From the NCBI GenBank assembly GCA_963793305.1, contig CAWBZV010000011.1:1-64000 (forward strand): a stretch of 64,000 bases of DNA, read 5' to 3'. The DNA is from an uncultured Gemmatimonadales bacterium. Its GTDB lineage: Bacteria > Gemmatimonadota > Gemmatimonadetes > Gemmatimonadales > Gemmatimonadaceae. A program made the position numbers and the translations under genes. The notes below the pieces were generated by a model. The model saw nothing but the letters and a program-made list of their open reading frames with translations, ran no database searches and had not been told where the DNA came from. This document shows, piece by piece, positions 34,901 to 45,002 of this stretch (positions are counted from its first letter, which is position 1; each line of letters opens with the position of its first letter).

Positions 34901-35207
34901 GACGTTTGGGCAGCCGGGTGATCGCGACCCCGAGTCGTATCGGCCAAGTCTCCGGCGGCCCGGGACACCGGTGTCGCTCGCGCGGCACGGTCCGACGCGG
35001 TTCGCGGAAGAAGCCGAGGTGTCGCAGGATGCGCCGGCGTACCGGGTCGGCGAGCGCGTGAAGCACAAGACGTTCGGCTCCGGTGTGATCGCGGAGATGA
35101 CCGGGTCCGGGCGGGAGCTCAAGGTGCGGGTGGATTTCGACAATCCAGACATTGGCCGCAAGACGCTGGTGGCGGCTCAGGCCGGGCTCGAGCGAGGGTG
35201 GGAATAA
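31964..35207 (+). CDS. pcrA: UvrD/PcrA-family helicase with an intein
   Basis: AGAGSGKT, TFTNKAA, DEYQD, LEENYRS, TMHNAKGLEF, EEERRLFYVGITRA; C-terminal VKHKTFGSG domain. Confidence 0.93.
32714..33671 (+). mobile_element. Intein of about 319 aa in helicase motif III (one extra base near 33460)
   Basis: VVGDDDQ|CLVRGT...STPEH...VYDLDIDKTHNYVANGIVTHN|SIYGWRGA; removal restores GDDDQSIYGWRGA. Confidence 0.95.
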
Positions 35208-35512
35208 TGGCGGTGACGTTCGACGATGTCCGACACATTGCGTCGCTGGCGCGGCTCTCGGTGAGCGAGGAGCGGCTGCCGGCGCTCGCGGGTGAGCTGA
35301 ACGCGATTCTGGCGCACATGGAGGCGTTGCAGCGCGTGGACGTGAGCGGCGTGCCCGCGGATCTCGCGGCGGGGATGACGCCCATGCCACTCCGCGCCGA
35401 CGGCGGAGAGCAGCTTCGGTTGGCGCGGCCGCGCGAGGCGTTCGCTCCCGCAATGCGCGATGGGTTCTATCTCGTGCCGAGGCTCGCGACGCACGAGGAC
35501 GTGGACGAATGA
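35207..35512 (+). CDS. gatC: Asp/Glu-tRNA amidotransferase subunit C
   Basis: [20 protein letters not shown]; directly upstream of gatA. Confidence 0.93.
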   Translation: MAVTFDDVRHIASLARLSVSEERLPALAGELNAILAHMEALQRVDVSGVPADLAAGMTPMPLRADGGEQLRLARPREAFAPAMRDGFYLVPRLATHEDVDE

Positions 35513-36810
35513 AAGCGGACTTCGGTCGGGCCGCTGGGCTCAACATCATTCTGGCCGAGGATGCCGAAGCGCGGCCCTCGGTCGACCACGGCCCGCTCCA
35601 CGACATCCCGGTCGCGATCAAGGACAACATCGCGACGCTGCGCATGCCGACGTCGTGCGGGTCGCGGATTCTTGAAGGCTATGTAAGCCCATATGAAGCC
35701 ACAGTCGTGTCGAGGTTGCGCGCGGCTGGGGCGGTCGTTGCGTGCAAGACGAACATGGACGAGTTCGCGATGGGCTCGTCGACGGAGCACAGTGCGTTCG
35801 GGCCCGCACGGAATCCCGTCGACCCCACGCGCGTGCCGGGCGGGTCATCCGGTGGGTCGGCCGCGGCGGTGGCGGCCGGCGTCGTGCCGATCGCGCTCGG
35901 ATCAGAGACCGGCGGCTCCGTACGCCAACCCGCCGCGTTCTGCGGCGTCGTCGGCGTCAAGCCAACGTACGGGCGGGTCAGCCGGTTCGGGCTCGTGGCC
36001 TTTGCATCGTCGCTCGACCAAGTCGGGGTGTTCGGGCGAACTGTGGACGACTCGGCGTTGGCAATGGAGATCATTGCTGGGCGCGATCCCATGGACGCGA
36101 CTTCGGCTGACATCCCGGTGCCGGAATACCGCACGGCCGCTCGGCGGCCAGTGTCTACGCTGACGATCGGCCGGCCGCGTGAATACTTTCCGGCCGAGTT
36201 GGATCCGGCGATTCGCGCGCGATGCGACGAGGTGCTGGAGGGGTTGAAGGCGCAAGGGGCCACCATCCGGGATGTCTCCCTGCCTCATTCCAGCTTGGCG
36301 ATTCCCGTCTATTACATCATTGCACCCGCCGAGGCGTCGTCGAACCTGGCCCGGTTCGATGGGGTGCGATACGGGCTGCGGGTGACCGGCGACGGACTCA
36401 CCGCAATGTATGAGGCGACGCGCTCGAAGGGGTTTGGCGCCGAAGTCACCCGCCGCATCCTGCTCGGGACGTACGTGCTCTCGGCGGGATACTACGACGC
36501 GTACTACAAGAAAGCGCAGCAAGTACGAGAGCTGATCACCGACGATTTCCGGCGCGTATTCGCGAGCGGTGTCGACGTCCTGTTCACGCCAACGACTCCG
36601 ACGCCCGCGTTCAAGATCGGCGCGGTCTCGGATCCGTACGAGATGTACTTGAACGACATCTTCACCTGCACGGCGAACCTCGCCGGCAATCCAGCGATCT
36701 CGGTACCGATCGGAACTGTCAACGGACTGCCGATCGGAGGACAGATCATCGCGCCGCACTTTGACGAGCAAGCGATGTTCGCGGCCGCATACGCGGTGGA
36801 ACGGGTATGA
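35509..36810 (+). CDS. gatA: Asp/Glu-tRNA amidotransferase subunit A
   Basis: [28 protein letters not shown]. Confidence 0.97.
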   Translation: MKADFGRAAGLNIILAEDAEARPSVDHGPLHDIPVAIKDNIATLRMPTSCGSRILEGYVSPYEATVVSRLRAAGAVVACKTNMDEFAMGSSTEHSAFGPARNPVDPTRVPGGSSGGSAAAVAAGVVPIALGSETGGSVRQPAAFCGVVGVKPTYGRVSRFGLVAFASSLDQVGVFGRTVDDSALAMEIIAGRDPMDATSADIPVPEYRTAARRPVSTLTIGRPREYFPAELDPAIRARCDEVLEGLKAQGATIRDVSLPHSSLAIPVYYIIAPAEASSNLARFDGVRYGLRVTGDGLTAMYEATRSKGFGAEVTRRILLGTYVLSAGYYDAYYKKAQQVRELITDDFRRVFASGVDVLFTPTTPTPAFKIGAVSDPYEMYLNDIFTCTANLAGNPAISVPIGTVNGLPIGGQIIAPHFDEQAMFAAAYAVERV

Positions 36811-38210
36811 GTGATTACGAGATGGTCGTGGGGCTGGAGGTGCACGTCCAGCTCAAGACCCGGACCAAGGCGTTCTGCAACTCGCCGACGACGTTCGGGG
36901 CCGAACCGAATGTGAATACGTGCCCGATATGCTTGGCGCTGCCCGGCGCGCTGCCGGTGCTGAACGCGCACGCCGTGGAGCTCGCGGTGCGGGCGGCATT
37001 GGCGCTCGGGTGCAACGTGCACGGCACGTCGATTTTTGCGAGGAAGAATTACTTCTATCCCGACCTGCCCAAAGGCTATCAGATCTCGCAATTCGATCGC
37101 CCGTTGGCGACCGGCGGGAAATTGGCCGGGGTCGGGATTACCCGCGTGCACATGGAAGAAGACGCGGGGAAGTCGATCCACGATCGCTATACCGGAGCCA
37201 CCGCGATCGACTTGAACCGCGCGGGCGTCCCGCTGATCGAGATCGTGAGCGAGCCGGACATCCGGTCGGCGCAAGAAGCGCGGCGATATCTGCAGACGCT
37301 CAAGCAAGTGCTGGAGTATGTCGACGTGAGCGATGTCGACATGGAGAAGGGGAGCCTTCGCGTCGACGCGAACGTCTCAGCCCGACGTGCGGGAGAGACG
37401 AAGTTCGGCACGAAGACCGAAGTCAAGAACATGAACACGTTCTCGGGCGTCGAGAAGGCGCTCGAGGCCGAGTTCGCGCGGCAAGTCGTGGTGTTGGAGA
37501 CCGGCGGGCGCGTGGTGCAGCAGACCATGCTCTGGGATGGCGCCAAGGGCGAGGTGCGCCCCGCGCGATCGAAGGAGGAGAGTCACGACTACCGATACTT
37601 CCCCGAGCCGGACCTTCCGCCACTCGTGCTCACGGACGCCTATGTCGAGCAGATACGGCGAGCGCTGCCCGAGCTGCCCGACGCGCGCCGGGCACGCTTC
37701 CGGGAGCAATACGGACTAGGCGATCAGGAGATCGACGAGCTCGTCGCCGACATCCCGCTGGCGGCGTATTTCGAAGAGACGGCGAAGGCGTGTGGGAAAC
37801 CCACGGCCGCCGCCAACTGGGTGCGGGGCGAGCTGCTCGCGGCGTTGCGCGCCGGCGCCGGCGGGGTACAAACGTTTCCGGTGCGGCCCAAGGCACTCGC
37901 CGAGCTCCTGGGGCTCGTGAGCGAGGGGGCTGTGTCGCATACGGCAGCCAGGACGATCTTCGAGAAGATGATCGCGACAGGGGAAGGCGCGGGGCTGATC
38001 GCGGATCGTGAGGGGCTGCGTAAAGTCAGCGACGACGGGGCGCTCGAGCAGTGGATCGCCGAGGTGAGGACGGAGAATCCCACCGAATGGGCGCGATTCC
38101 AGGCCGGGGAGACGAAACTCCAGAAGGTGCTTGTCGGTCTAGTGATGAAGAAGTCGAAAGGGAAGGCCGACCCGCAACGCGTTAATCAACTGCTCGCTGG
38201 AGGGGTGTGA
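36807..38210 (+). CDS. gatB: Asp/Glu-tRNA amidotransferase subunit B
   Basis: [36 protein letters not shown]. Confidence 0.97.
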   Translation: MSDYEMVVGLEVHVQLKTRTKAFCNSPTTFGAEPNVNTCPICLALPGALPVLNAHAVELAVRAALALGCNVHGTSIFARKNYFYPDLPKGYQISQFDRPLATGGKLAGVGITRVHMEEDAGKSIHDRYTGATAIDLNRAGVPLIEIVSEPDIRSAQEARRYLQTLKQVLEYVDVSDVDMEKGSLRVDANVSARRAGETKFGTKTEVKNMNTFSGVEKALEAEFARQVVVLETGGRVVQQTMLWDGAKGEVRPARSKEESHDYRYFPEPDLPPLVLTDAYVEQIRRALPELPDARRARFREQYGLGDQEIDELVADIPLAAYFEETAKACGKPTAAANWVRGELLAALRAGAGGVQTFPVRPKALAELLGLVSEGAVSHTAARTIFEKMIATGEGAGLIADREGLRKVSDDGALEQWIAEVRTENPTEWARFQAGETKLQKVLVGLVMKKSKGKADPQRVNQLLAGGV

Positions 38211-39097
38211 TCCGACTCGGAGTGCTGGGCGCCGTGGTAGCGTTGTCGACCGCATTCGGCCAGGGGAGTCGAGCGCCAACGTTGTTCGCGCCCGGGGTCG
38301 TCTCGAGCGTCGGCAATGCCGCCTCTCCGACGTTCACGCCGCGCGGCGATACCATGTTCTTCACGCGCACGACCGACTCGTCGAGCGTGATCATGGAATC
38401 CGATCGCGCCAACGGCGCCTGGTCGGACCCCCGACCCGCGTCGTTCTCCGGCCACTACCCCGAGTCGCAACCGGCGCTCGCCCCCGACGGCTCGTTCCTC
38501 GTCTACGTGTCGGTGCGCGACCACGTCGCGAACCTCTGGCGGGTCAACCGTGACGGGTTGGGGTGGGGCGCGCCCGAGCGGCTCCCGGAGGCCGTCAATA
38601 TCAGCCAGTCGGTCTGGCGACCGAGTGTCGCGGCCGACGGCAGCATCTACTTCTTCGTCATCACGAAGACCGAGGATCGCCGCACCATGCGCCTCTGGCG
38701 CTCGGCCTACGACACGGGAGCGTACCAACCCGCCGCGCCCCTGCCGTTCAGCGCCGATAGCACGAACGATGTCGATCCCGAGATCGCGCCCGATCAGTCG
38801 TATATCGTGTTCGCGAGCTCAGGCCGCGCGGCGATCGACGATACGCACGAGCATCTCTACATGTCCGTCAAACGCGGCGACGCCTGGGGGCCGGTCACGC
38901 CCCTGCAATTCATGGGGAGCGACGCGCTCGGCGTCGATGACAACGAGCCGCGGTTCTCGCCGGGTCAGCGCATGCTGTACTTCACGAGCGACCGCTCCGT
39001 GCTCCTCATGTTTCCGCACTCGGACGAGCCGCTCGACAAGCCCATCACCGAGACGACCAACGTCTGGTGGATGCCGGCGGCTATCCCGCGCAGCTAG
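38207..39097 (+). CDS. Secreted PD40/TolB-like beta-propeller protein
   Basis: Signal peptide and repeats such as PALAPDGSFLVYVS and PRFSPGQRMLYFTSDR. Confidence 0.8.
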   Translation: MIRLGVLGAVVALSTAFGQGSRAPTLFAPGVVSSVGNAASPTFTPRGDTMFFTRTTDSSSVIMESDRANGAWSDPRPASFSGHYPESQPALAPDGSFLVYVSVRDHVANLWRVNRDGLGWGAPERLPEAVNISQSVWRPSVAADGSIYFFVITKTEDRRTMRLWRSAYDTGAYQPAAPLPFSADSTNDVDPEIAPDQSYIVFASSGRAAIDDTHEHLYMSVKRGDAWGPVTPLQFMGSDALGVDDNEPRFSPGQRMLYFTSDRSVLLMFPHSDEPLDKPITETTNVWWMPAAIPRS

Positions 39098-39101
39098 CCA
39101 G

Positions 39102-39512
39102 CTAGCTGCCGCTCGGGATGTGTTGGTCGGCTGACATCCAGGCGTGCCAGGCGCCGCCTTCGAAGCGGTAGACATCGATCCAGCGGACGCCCTTGTAGAT
39201 GCCCGTGACGACGACGGAGGCGCCGTGGAATTCCACGGTCGCCGACGATGGGAATTCGGGCAAGGGCTTACTGGGATCTCCGCTGCGGAGCGACTTGGCG
39301 AGCTCCGCGTCGCGATCGGCGATCACTCCGGTGCGTGAGTACCCCACGTAGTCGCTGGTGAGGAGGCAGCGCAGGAACGCGGTGTCGGCCCGGACAAAAG
39401 CGACGCTCCAGGCGCTATCGACGCGCCGGACAGAGGCGGCGTCCATGTGCTGGTCCGATAGCTGGTGGGCCTGACATGGCGATACGGCGAGGAGCAAGGC
39501 GGCGATCAGCAT
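39102..39512 (-). CDS. Secreted NTF2-like (DUF4440-type) protein
   Basis: Signal peptide; WSVAFVRADTAFLRCLLTSDY; WIDVYRFEGGAW. Confidence 0.7.
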   Translation of the reverse strand: MLIAALLLAVSPCQAHQLSDQHMDAASVRRVDSAWSVAFVRADTAFLRCLLTSDYVGYSRTGVIADRDAELAKSLRSGDPSKPLPEFPSSATVEFHGASVVVTGIYKGVRWIDVYRFEGGAWHAWMSADQHIPSGS

Positions 39513-39553
39513 GCCGAACGGTGTGCGGATAGTCCGTGACCAGCCAGCGATAG

Positions 39554-40396
39554 TCAGCGAGCCTCGACCATCGTGCAGCCAAAGCGCGCGACATCGGCGT
39601 AGGCGGCATCGCGTTGGGCGTCGGTCGCGTTGGGCGCGAGCACGTAGGTGGCGAAGAGCAGGGGACGGCGACCTGGTGGCCAAGCGATGGCGAGGTCACC
39701 GCTCACGCCTCGGCCCGTGCCACTCTTGTCGCCGGCCCGCCAGCCATTCGGGAGGCCAGCGCGGATTCGGGCCAGGCCGGGGGTGGATGCGACGAGCCAT
39801 GAGATGAGGCGGTCGCGCGAGGCGGGAGAGAGCACGTTGCCCGTCAGGATCGCGCGCATGTCGCCGAGGATGGCGGCGGGACTCGTCGTGTCGCGCTGCT
39901 CGCCGGGCTGCCAGTCATTCAATGTCGGCTCGGTCCGATCGAGGCGCGTGACCGAGTCGCCGAGCGAGCGGGCGTAGGCCGTGACCGCCGACGGGCCGCC
40001 AAGCGTGCCGAGGATGAGGTTGGCGGCGGTGTTGTCGCTTTGCTCGATGGCCGCCGCGCAGAGGTCGCCGAGCGTCATGCCGCCTTCGCCCACGTGCGCG
40101 CGCGTGACGGGCGCGTACTCGAGCAGATCACTTTCGCCGTAGGCGATGCGGCGGTCGAGTTGCTCTTGGGACCCATCGACGCGAGACAGCACGGCGGTCA
40201 CCGCCAGGAGCTTGAACGTGCTGCACATCGGAAAGCGCTCACCCTCGTGGTATCCGACTCGGTGGCCGGTGTGCGTGTCGAGCACGGCAACGCCCAGGCG
40301 GCCGCCGAGGCGTCGCTCGATGTCGCCGAGGGACGAATAGCGTGCGCCAACAAGAATTGCGGTCAGTTGTGTGAGAAAGAGACGTCGATCCGTCAT
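39554..40396 (-). CDS. bla: Class A beta-lactamase
   Basis: STFK (SxxK), SDN, omega-loop EPTLN, DKSG; twin-arginine-like leader DRRLFL. Confidence 0.93.
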   Translation of the reverse strand: MTDRRLFLTQLTAILVGARYSSLGDIERRLGGRLGVAVLDTHTGHRVGYHEGERFPMCSTFKLLAVTAVLSRVDGSQEQLDRRIAYGESDLLEYAPVTRAHVGEGGMTLGDLCAAAIEQSDNTAANLILGTLGGPSAVTAYARSLGDSVTRLDRTEPTLNDWQPGEQRDTTSPAAILGDMRAILTGNVLSPASRDRLISWLVASTPGLARIRAGLPNGWRAGDKSGTGRGVSGDLAIAWPPGRRPLLFATYVLAPNATDAQRDAAYADVARFGCTMVEAR

Positions 40397-41307
40397 CCCG
40401 GGAGATAGAGCGGAGCCGGGAGGGTCGCGGCGTACCGCAGCGATGTCGGTGGGAGCCCGAACTGGCGTTCGGCGTCCTCGGCCAGGTGCACATCGCCCCC
40501 GCGCCGGAGCGCGGCGCGGCGGACGCGCTTGGCGAGTTGGAGCGGCTCGTGGCCGGCCGGGTCCAGCGTATACGGCTCCGAGCCATCGAGGCGCTGGAGC
40601 AGGTCCATCACGAAATCGTAGGAGCGCGCGATGTAGGCCGCGATGTCGTCGTTGGCGAGATCCCAGCGGCTATTCTCGGAGACGAGCTGCACGATCCGCT
40701 GCCACGACTCGGTGTCGGTGACGTAGACCATGCCGCGGAAAATGCGGCGATTGGTCTGTGTGCTGAAGATCGTGGGGCTCAGGATCCGATCGAGGTGCTC
40801 ATCGGAGCGCGAGTGATCCAGCAAGAGGAGCTCGACCGCGCGGTGGCCCGGGCGTTCCCCCAGATGGCCCTCGAACCGGCTCTCCCAGTAGCTGTGCCCG
40901 AGGCCGATCGTGGTCGAGGTCAGCGCCAGCTGGCGCGGCACGAAATAGTTGTGGGCGACGACGTTGGCGGCGAGGTGGGCCAGGTAGCCGAGGCCGAAGG
41001 CGCGGAGGGGGCCGTCGTTGGCGGCGTCGTAGATCTCGAATCCGACGTGCCAGGAGTGACAGTGCCGGCCGACTGGCGCGTACTTCTTGGCCATGCTCGT
41101 GTCGGCGGCGATCGACCCATAGAGGAAGTCGTACGGGAAAGCGCGAAGAAGGTCAGCGATCGCCGCCGGCAGGAGGCTTACGGACCGCATGACGGCCTCG
41201 CCGAGGAACACGTGGGTTCCGGGCGTCCATGCGTACGCCGTCGCCGGCGTGAGAGCCACGACGGCGACGGCGAGGAGGACGATGAGTCCTACGGACCTAT
41301 AGTCCAA
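40393..41307 (-). CDS. Zinc-dependent phospholipase C family protein
   Basis: Signal peptide then WTPGTH; GYLAHLAA; HSYWE. Confidence 0.8.
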   Translation of the reverse strand: MDYRSVGLIVLLAVAVVALTPATAYAWTPGTHVFLGEAVMRSVSLLPAAIADLLRAFPYDFLYGSIAADTSMAKKYAPVGRHCHSWHVGFEIYDAANDGPLRAFGLGYLAHLAANVVAHNYFVPRQLALTSTTIGLGHSYWESRFEGHLGERPGHRAVELLLLDHSRSDEHLDRILSPTIFSTQTNRRIFRGMVYVTDTESWQRIVQLVSENSRWDLANDDIAAYIARSYDFVMDLLQRLDGSEPYTLDPAGHEPLQLAKRVRRAALRRGGDVHLAEDAERQFGLPPTSLRYAATLPAPLYLPG

Positions 41308-41716
41308 CGCGGGATCGCTGCCGGCGCAGCCGCTTCCGGAGCGCGCGGAGCTCGCCCTCGACGGTACGGTCGATCGCGTCGCGGGCGGTCTCGACGTATT
41401 CGGACAGGCGTTCTTTGATCTCCTCGCCGTTCGGCAGCGAGTCCAGCCATGCTTCGCCGCGTTTGCGAGCGCGGCTCGCCGTGTCGCGCGCGACGTCGCC
41501 CAGGTGCGGGGTCCGGCGGGGACGGAGCAGTAAGGTGGCGGCTACGCCAATGGCCGCGCCGACGAGCGCGGCGGCAACCATGTCGGTCTGGACCTCGCGG
41601 TCGGCCAGCCGTTTCTTGAGACGAGGGAACCCTTCCCGGAATTTACTCTTCACGCCGTTGGCCTCGGATTCGTGGCTGTGCGCGTCGTCCAGATGATCCT
41701 GCATGGTCGTGGCCAT
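41297..41716 (-). CDS. YtxH-like membrane-anchored protein
   Basis: TM segment LVGAAIGVAATLLLRP followed by a charged helical region. Confidence 0.65.
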   Translation of the reverse strand: MATTMQDHLDDAHSHESEANGVKSKFREGFPRLKKRLADREVQTDMVAAALVGAAIGVAATLLLRPRRTPHLGDVARDTASRARKRGEAWLDSLPNGEEIKERLSEYVETARDAIDRTVEGELRALRKRLRRQRSRVGL

Positions 41717-42158
41717 TCTTCCTCCCGTTGTCGCTGCTGAGTCCCAATGCCGCGGTCCCCGCACGGACCCCGTGCGCGACAGCCGCGACGGAGACTACCG
41801 CATCCTCCAGGCCGTCACGGAGAATCCCGAATGCCGTGTCGAGCTCGCCTATGTGCTCATCGGCCCGGGTGCCGATCTCGCGCAGGCGTACGTCGGCATC
41901 CGTGACGAGCCGATGCACGACTGCGGTATCCTCGCGGGCCTGGACCGCGATATCGCGGAGCTCCCCCAGCAGGACCGTCGCGTCCCGGAGCATGGGAGCC
42001 GCCACGCCCAGCATTTTCGTGACCTCTTCGCTGCCGCGCTGGAGTTGGCGGCGAATCACGACGGACGCCGCGATCGTGCCCACCGCCAGAATCGCGAGGG
42101 CCACCAGAAGGACACAGGTCGCGACGGTCTGCACGATCTGCAGCCAGGCCGGCACCAT
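41643..42158 (-). CDS. DUF948/YoxC-like membrane protein
   Basis: N-terminal TM helix and coiled-coil-like region; paired with the YtxH-like gene. Confidence 0.55.
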   Translation of the reverse strand: MVPAWLQIVQTVATCVLLVALAILAVGTIAASVVIRRQLQRGSEEVTKMLGVAAPMLRDATVLLGELRDIAVQAREDTAVVHRLVTDADVRLREIGTRADEHIGELDTAFGILRDGLEDAVVSVAAVAHGVRAGTAALGLSSDNGRKNGHDHAGSSGRRAQPRIRGQRREE

Positions 42159-42233
42159 GCGAGTCTCCTGGGATAGAGTTGTATTCGAGAACTGCCGAAC
42201 ATTGCAAGGCCGGGGCCACGCCTGGCAACCCAG

Positions 42234-42303
42234 CGATGTGCACGGCGCCTTCGGCGACCGCGCACATCGAGGCAAGAATGTCCCGAGCGAAGCGAGTGAC
42301 CTT
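42234..42303. repeat. REP-like intergenic palindromes
   Basis: CGATGTGC..GGCGCCTTCGGCG..GCACATCG hairpin and a CCCGAGCGAAGCGAG motif. Confidence 0.5.
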
Positions 42304-42443
42304 TCTTGACTCGGGGCGTCGAGGGCGGGCATCCTAACGCGATGAGGAGGTCCGACCTTTCTGTGGGCGACTCAGGACGTTCTGGGTGCGCTCGGTCCCG
42401 GTAGTTCCGCGGCGGCCCACGGCCGACGCATCCAATAGGAAAA

Positions 42444-43751
42444 ATGACTGTTCAATTCATGGTAGAAGGCGGCCGGAAGCTGTCGGGCACAGTCCGACCG
42501 TCCGGCAACAAGAATGCGGCGCTGCCGATCGTGGCCGCCGCGCTTCTGACCGATCAGCCGGTCGAGCTGTCAAATGTCCCCCGCATCAACGACATCGAGA
42601 CGCTCGTCGATCTCCTCCGATCGGTTGGCGCCTCGGTGGAGTGGTCGGGACCGCACGAGCTCAAGATCCACGCAAAGGAGATCCGGGCGGCGTCGCTCGA
42701 TCCGAGATTGTGCGCGCGGATCCGCGCGTCGATTCTGCTGGCCGGGCCCCTCCTGGCTCGATGCAAGTCGCTCCAGCTTCCGCCGCCGGGCGGCGATGTG
42801 ATCGGGCGGCGCCGGGTCGACACGCACTTTCTGGCGCTCGAACAGCTCGGGGCGACGTTCACGCTGAACGGGAAGTTCGAGATCAGCGCGCCCCGGCTCA
42901 TCGGCGCCGACGTGTTCCTCGACGAGCCGAGCGTGACGGCGACGGAGAATGCGTTGATGGCGGCGGTCGCGGCCACCGGCACGACGATCCTGCGCAATGC
43001 CGCGAGCGAGCCGCACGTCCAAGACCTGGCGCATTTCCTGGTGGCGATGGGTGCGGAGATCGAAGGGATCGGCACGAATACTTTGACCATTCATGGCGCA
43101 CGCCCGCTTCGCGGCGTGCGCTATACGATCGGGCCGGATCACATCGAGGTCGGGTCTTTTATCGGCCTCGCCGCGGTGACGCATTCCGAGCTTCGCATTG
43201 CCGACGCCGGGGTCGAGCATCTGCGATCTGTCAGAATGGGATTTTCGCGCCTCGGGGTCGAGTGCGTCGTGGACGGCCCGGACCTGATCGTGCCGGCGCA
43301 TCAGAGCCTGGAGATCCGGAGCGACCTGGGAGGGCATGTCCCAAAGCTCGAGGACCAGCCATGGCCGGCATTCCCGGCGGATCTCATGTCGATCGCCATC
43401 GTCACGGCGACCCAGTGCCGTGGCTTGATCTTGATGCACGAGAAGATGTTCGAGTCGCGCATGTTCTTCGTGGACAAGCTGGTCGGTATGGGCGCGCGTA
43501 TCGTGCTCTGCGATCCTCACCGGGTGCTGGTCGCCGGACCGTCGGACCTGCGGGCATCGACCGTCGAGTCGCCTGACATCCGCGCGGGCATGGCGATGCT
43601 GCTGGCGGCGCTCTGCGCGAACGGGACGAGCACTATCAACAACGTCGGCCAAATCGACCGCGGCTATGAGCGCATCGACGAGCGGCTGAACGCCCTGGGC
43701 GCCCGTATCGAACGCGTGGTCCACACGCGATATTTGACGCCTACCCGATGA
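42444..43751 (+). CDS. murA: UDP-N-acetylglucosamine 1-carboxyvinyltransferase
   Basis: [32 protein letters not shown]. Confidence 0.97.
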   Translation: MTVQFMVEGGRKLSGTVRPSGNKNAALPIVAAALLTDQPVELSNVPRINDIETLVDLLRSVGASVEWSGPHELKIHAKEIRAASLDPRLCARIRASILLAGPLLARCKSLQLPPPGGDVIGRRRVDTHFLALEQLGATFTLNGKFEISAPRLIGADVFLDEPSVTATENALMAAVAATGTTILRNAASEPHVQDLAHFLVAMGAEIEGIGTNTLTIHGARPLRGVRYTIGPDHIEVGSFIGLAAVTHSELRIADAGVEHLRSVRMGFSRLGVECVVDGPDLIVPAHQSLEIRSDLGGHVPKLEDQPWPAFPADLMSIAIVTATQCRGLILMHEKMFESRMFFVDKLVGMGARIVLCDPHRVLVAGPSDLRASTVESPDIRAGMAMLLAALCANGTSTINNVGQIDRGYERIDERLNALGARIERVVHTRYLTPTR

Positions 43752-44452
43752 CAACGACCGCGGTCACGACACTCGAGCCCATCGACGTTTTCACCTCTTT
43801 CGGGGTGCGGGCGTATGTGACGACTCGCGCATTCGGATCGCTCAGCACACAGGGTGACGAGCCCGTCTCGGACGTGATCGGCCGCTGGGACGCGCTTCGG
43901 CTGGGTGTGCTCCGCGCGCCGCGATTCGCGACGGGGCGACAGGTGCACGGGACGCGCGTGGTCATGCACGATGGGTCGTGGAGCGGGTGGCTCAGGGTGG
44001 ATGATGCCGACGGGCACTATGCGCCCGATCGCGGCACCGGTCTCGCCGTGACCGTCGCGGACTGCGTGCCGGTGCTCATCGCGCATCCGTCTGGTGCGGT
44101 CGCCGCGATCCATGCGGGATGGCGCGGGACCGCTGCTGGTATTATGCGGAAAGCGCTGACGGTGATGGCCGAGGATGGGCTTGCGTTGAGCGAGCTGCGC
44201 GTGCATCTCGGGCCGGCCATCTGTGGGCCATGCTATGAAGTGAGCCCGGAAGTCTACGGGCAGCTGACTGGCAAGAGCGTCGAGAGACCGACCACGGTGG
44301 ATTTGCGAGGACTGCTGGCGGGGCAGGCATGCGCCGCGGGCGTGAGGGCCGTGACGATCAGTGACGAGTGTTCGCGGTGTGACGACGACCGATTTTTCTC
44401 GCATTGCGGCGGCGACGCTGGGCGACAGGCGGCGGCCATTATAGCCGATTAG
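43748..44452 (+). CDS. pgeF: YfiH/PgeF (laccase-domain) family protein
   Basis: [30 protein letters not shown]. Confidence 0.92.
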   Translation: MTTTAVTTLEPIDVFTSFGVRAYVTTRAFGSLSTQGDEPVSDVIGRWDALRLGVLRAPRFATGRQVHGTRVVMHDGSWSGWLRVDDADGHYAPDRGTGLAVTVADCVPVLIAHPSGAVAAIHAGWRGTAAGIMRKALTVMAEDGLALSELRVHLGPAICGPCYEVSPEVYGQLTGKSVERPTTVDLRGLLAGQACAAGVRAVTISDECSRCDDDRFFSHCGGDAGRQAAAIIAD

Positions 44453-44464
44453 ACGGCCAATGGG

Positions 44465-44536
44465 TTGACCCCTGTTAGGGGGACGTTATGTTTCTATGTC
44501 TGGCAATGTGGGGGAGGTTCCCCACATTTTTTTATT
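44465..44536 (+). promoter_or_regulatory. rimP operon promoter and leader terminator-like hairpin
   Basis: TTGACC-16 bp-TATGTT; AATGTGGGG...CCCCACATT followed by a T-run just before rimP. Confidence 0.7.
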
Positions 44537-44546
44537 CTCATCGGTT

Positions 44547-45002
44547 GTGAAATCAGAACTGGAAAGCGTTGTCGAGGGCGCACTTGACGGGTTGGGGTTC
44601 GACCTGGTCGACTTGCGCCGGCAGGGTAGCCGAGCTCGTCCCGCGGTCGAGATTCGAATCGACCGGAGGGATGGGCAGCGGGTGACGGTCGAAGACTGCG
44701 CGCGAGTCTCGCGCGTGATCGAGCCTTTGGTTGGTGAGCAAACTGAGCTGCAGGTGTCGTCCCCCGGGGCGGACCGGCCGCTCAAGAAAGAACAGGATTG
44801 GCGACGGTTCGTCGGGCGGCGGGCGCTGGTAAAAAGCGCCGCCTTCGGCGGACGCAAAGAAGTCGAGATCGTGGCGGTAGACGACGGGGTTGTCACGCTA
44901 CGGGATGGGGCAACGGAGTATCGGGTGGCGTTATCGACAATCGACGAAGCCCGGTTGACGTTCAATTGGGATAGGGGTGTGACGGATGGTCGGCTCCGCT
45001 GA
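44547..45002 (+). CDS. rimP: Ribosome maturation factor RimP
   Basis: VTVEDCARVSR, LQVSSPGADRPL; upstream of nusA. Confidence 0.93.
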   Translation: MKSELESVVEGALDGLGFDLVDLRRQGSRARPAVEIRIDRRDGQRVTVEDCARVSRVIEPLVGEQTELQVSSPGADRPLKKEQDWRRFVGRRALVKSAAFGGRKEVEIVAVDDGVVTLRDGATEYRVALSTIDEARLTFNWDRGVTDGRLR

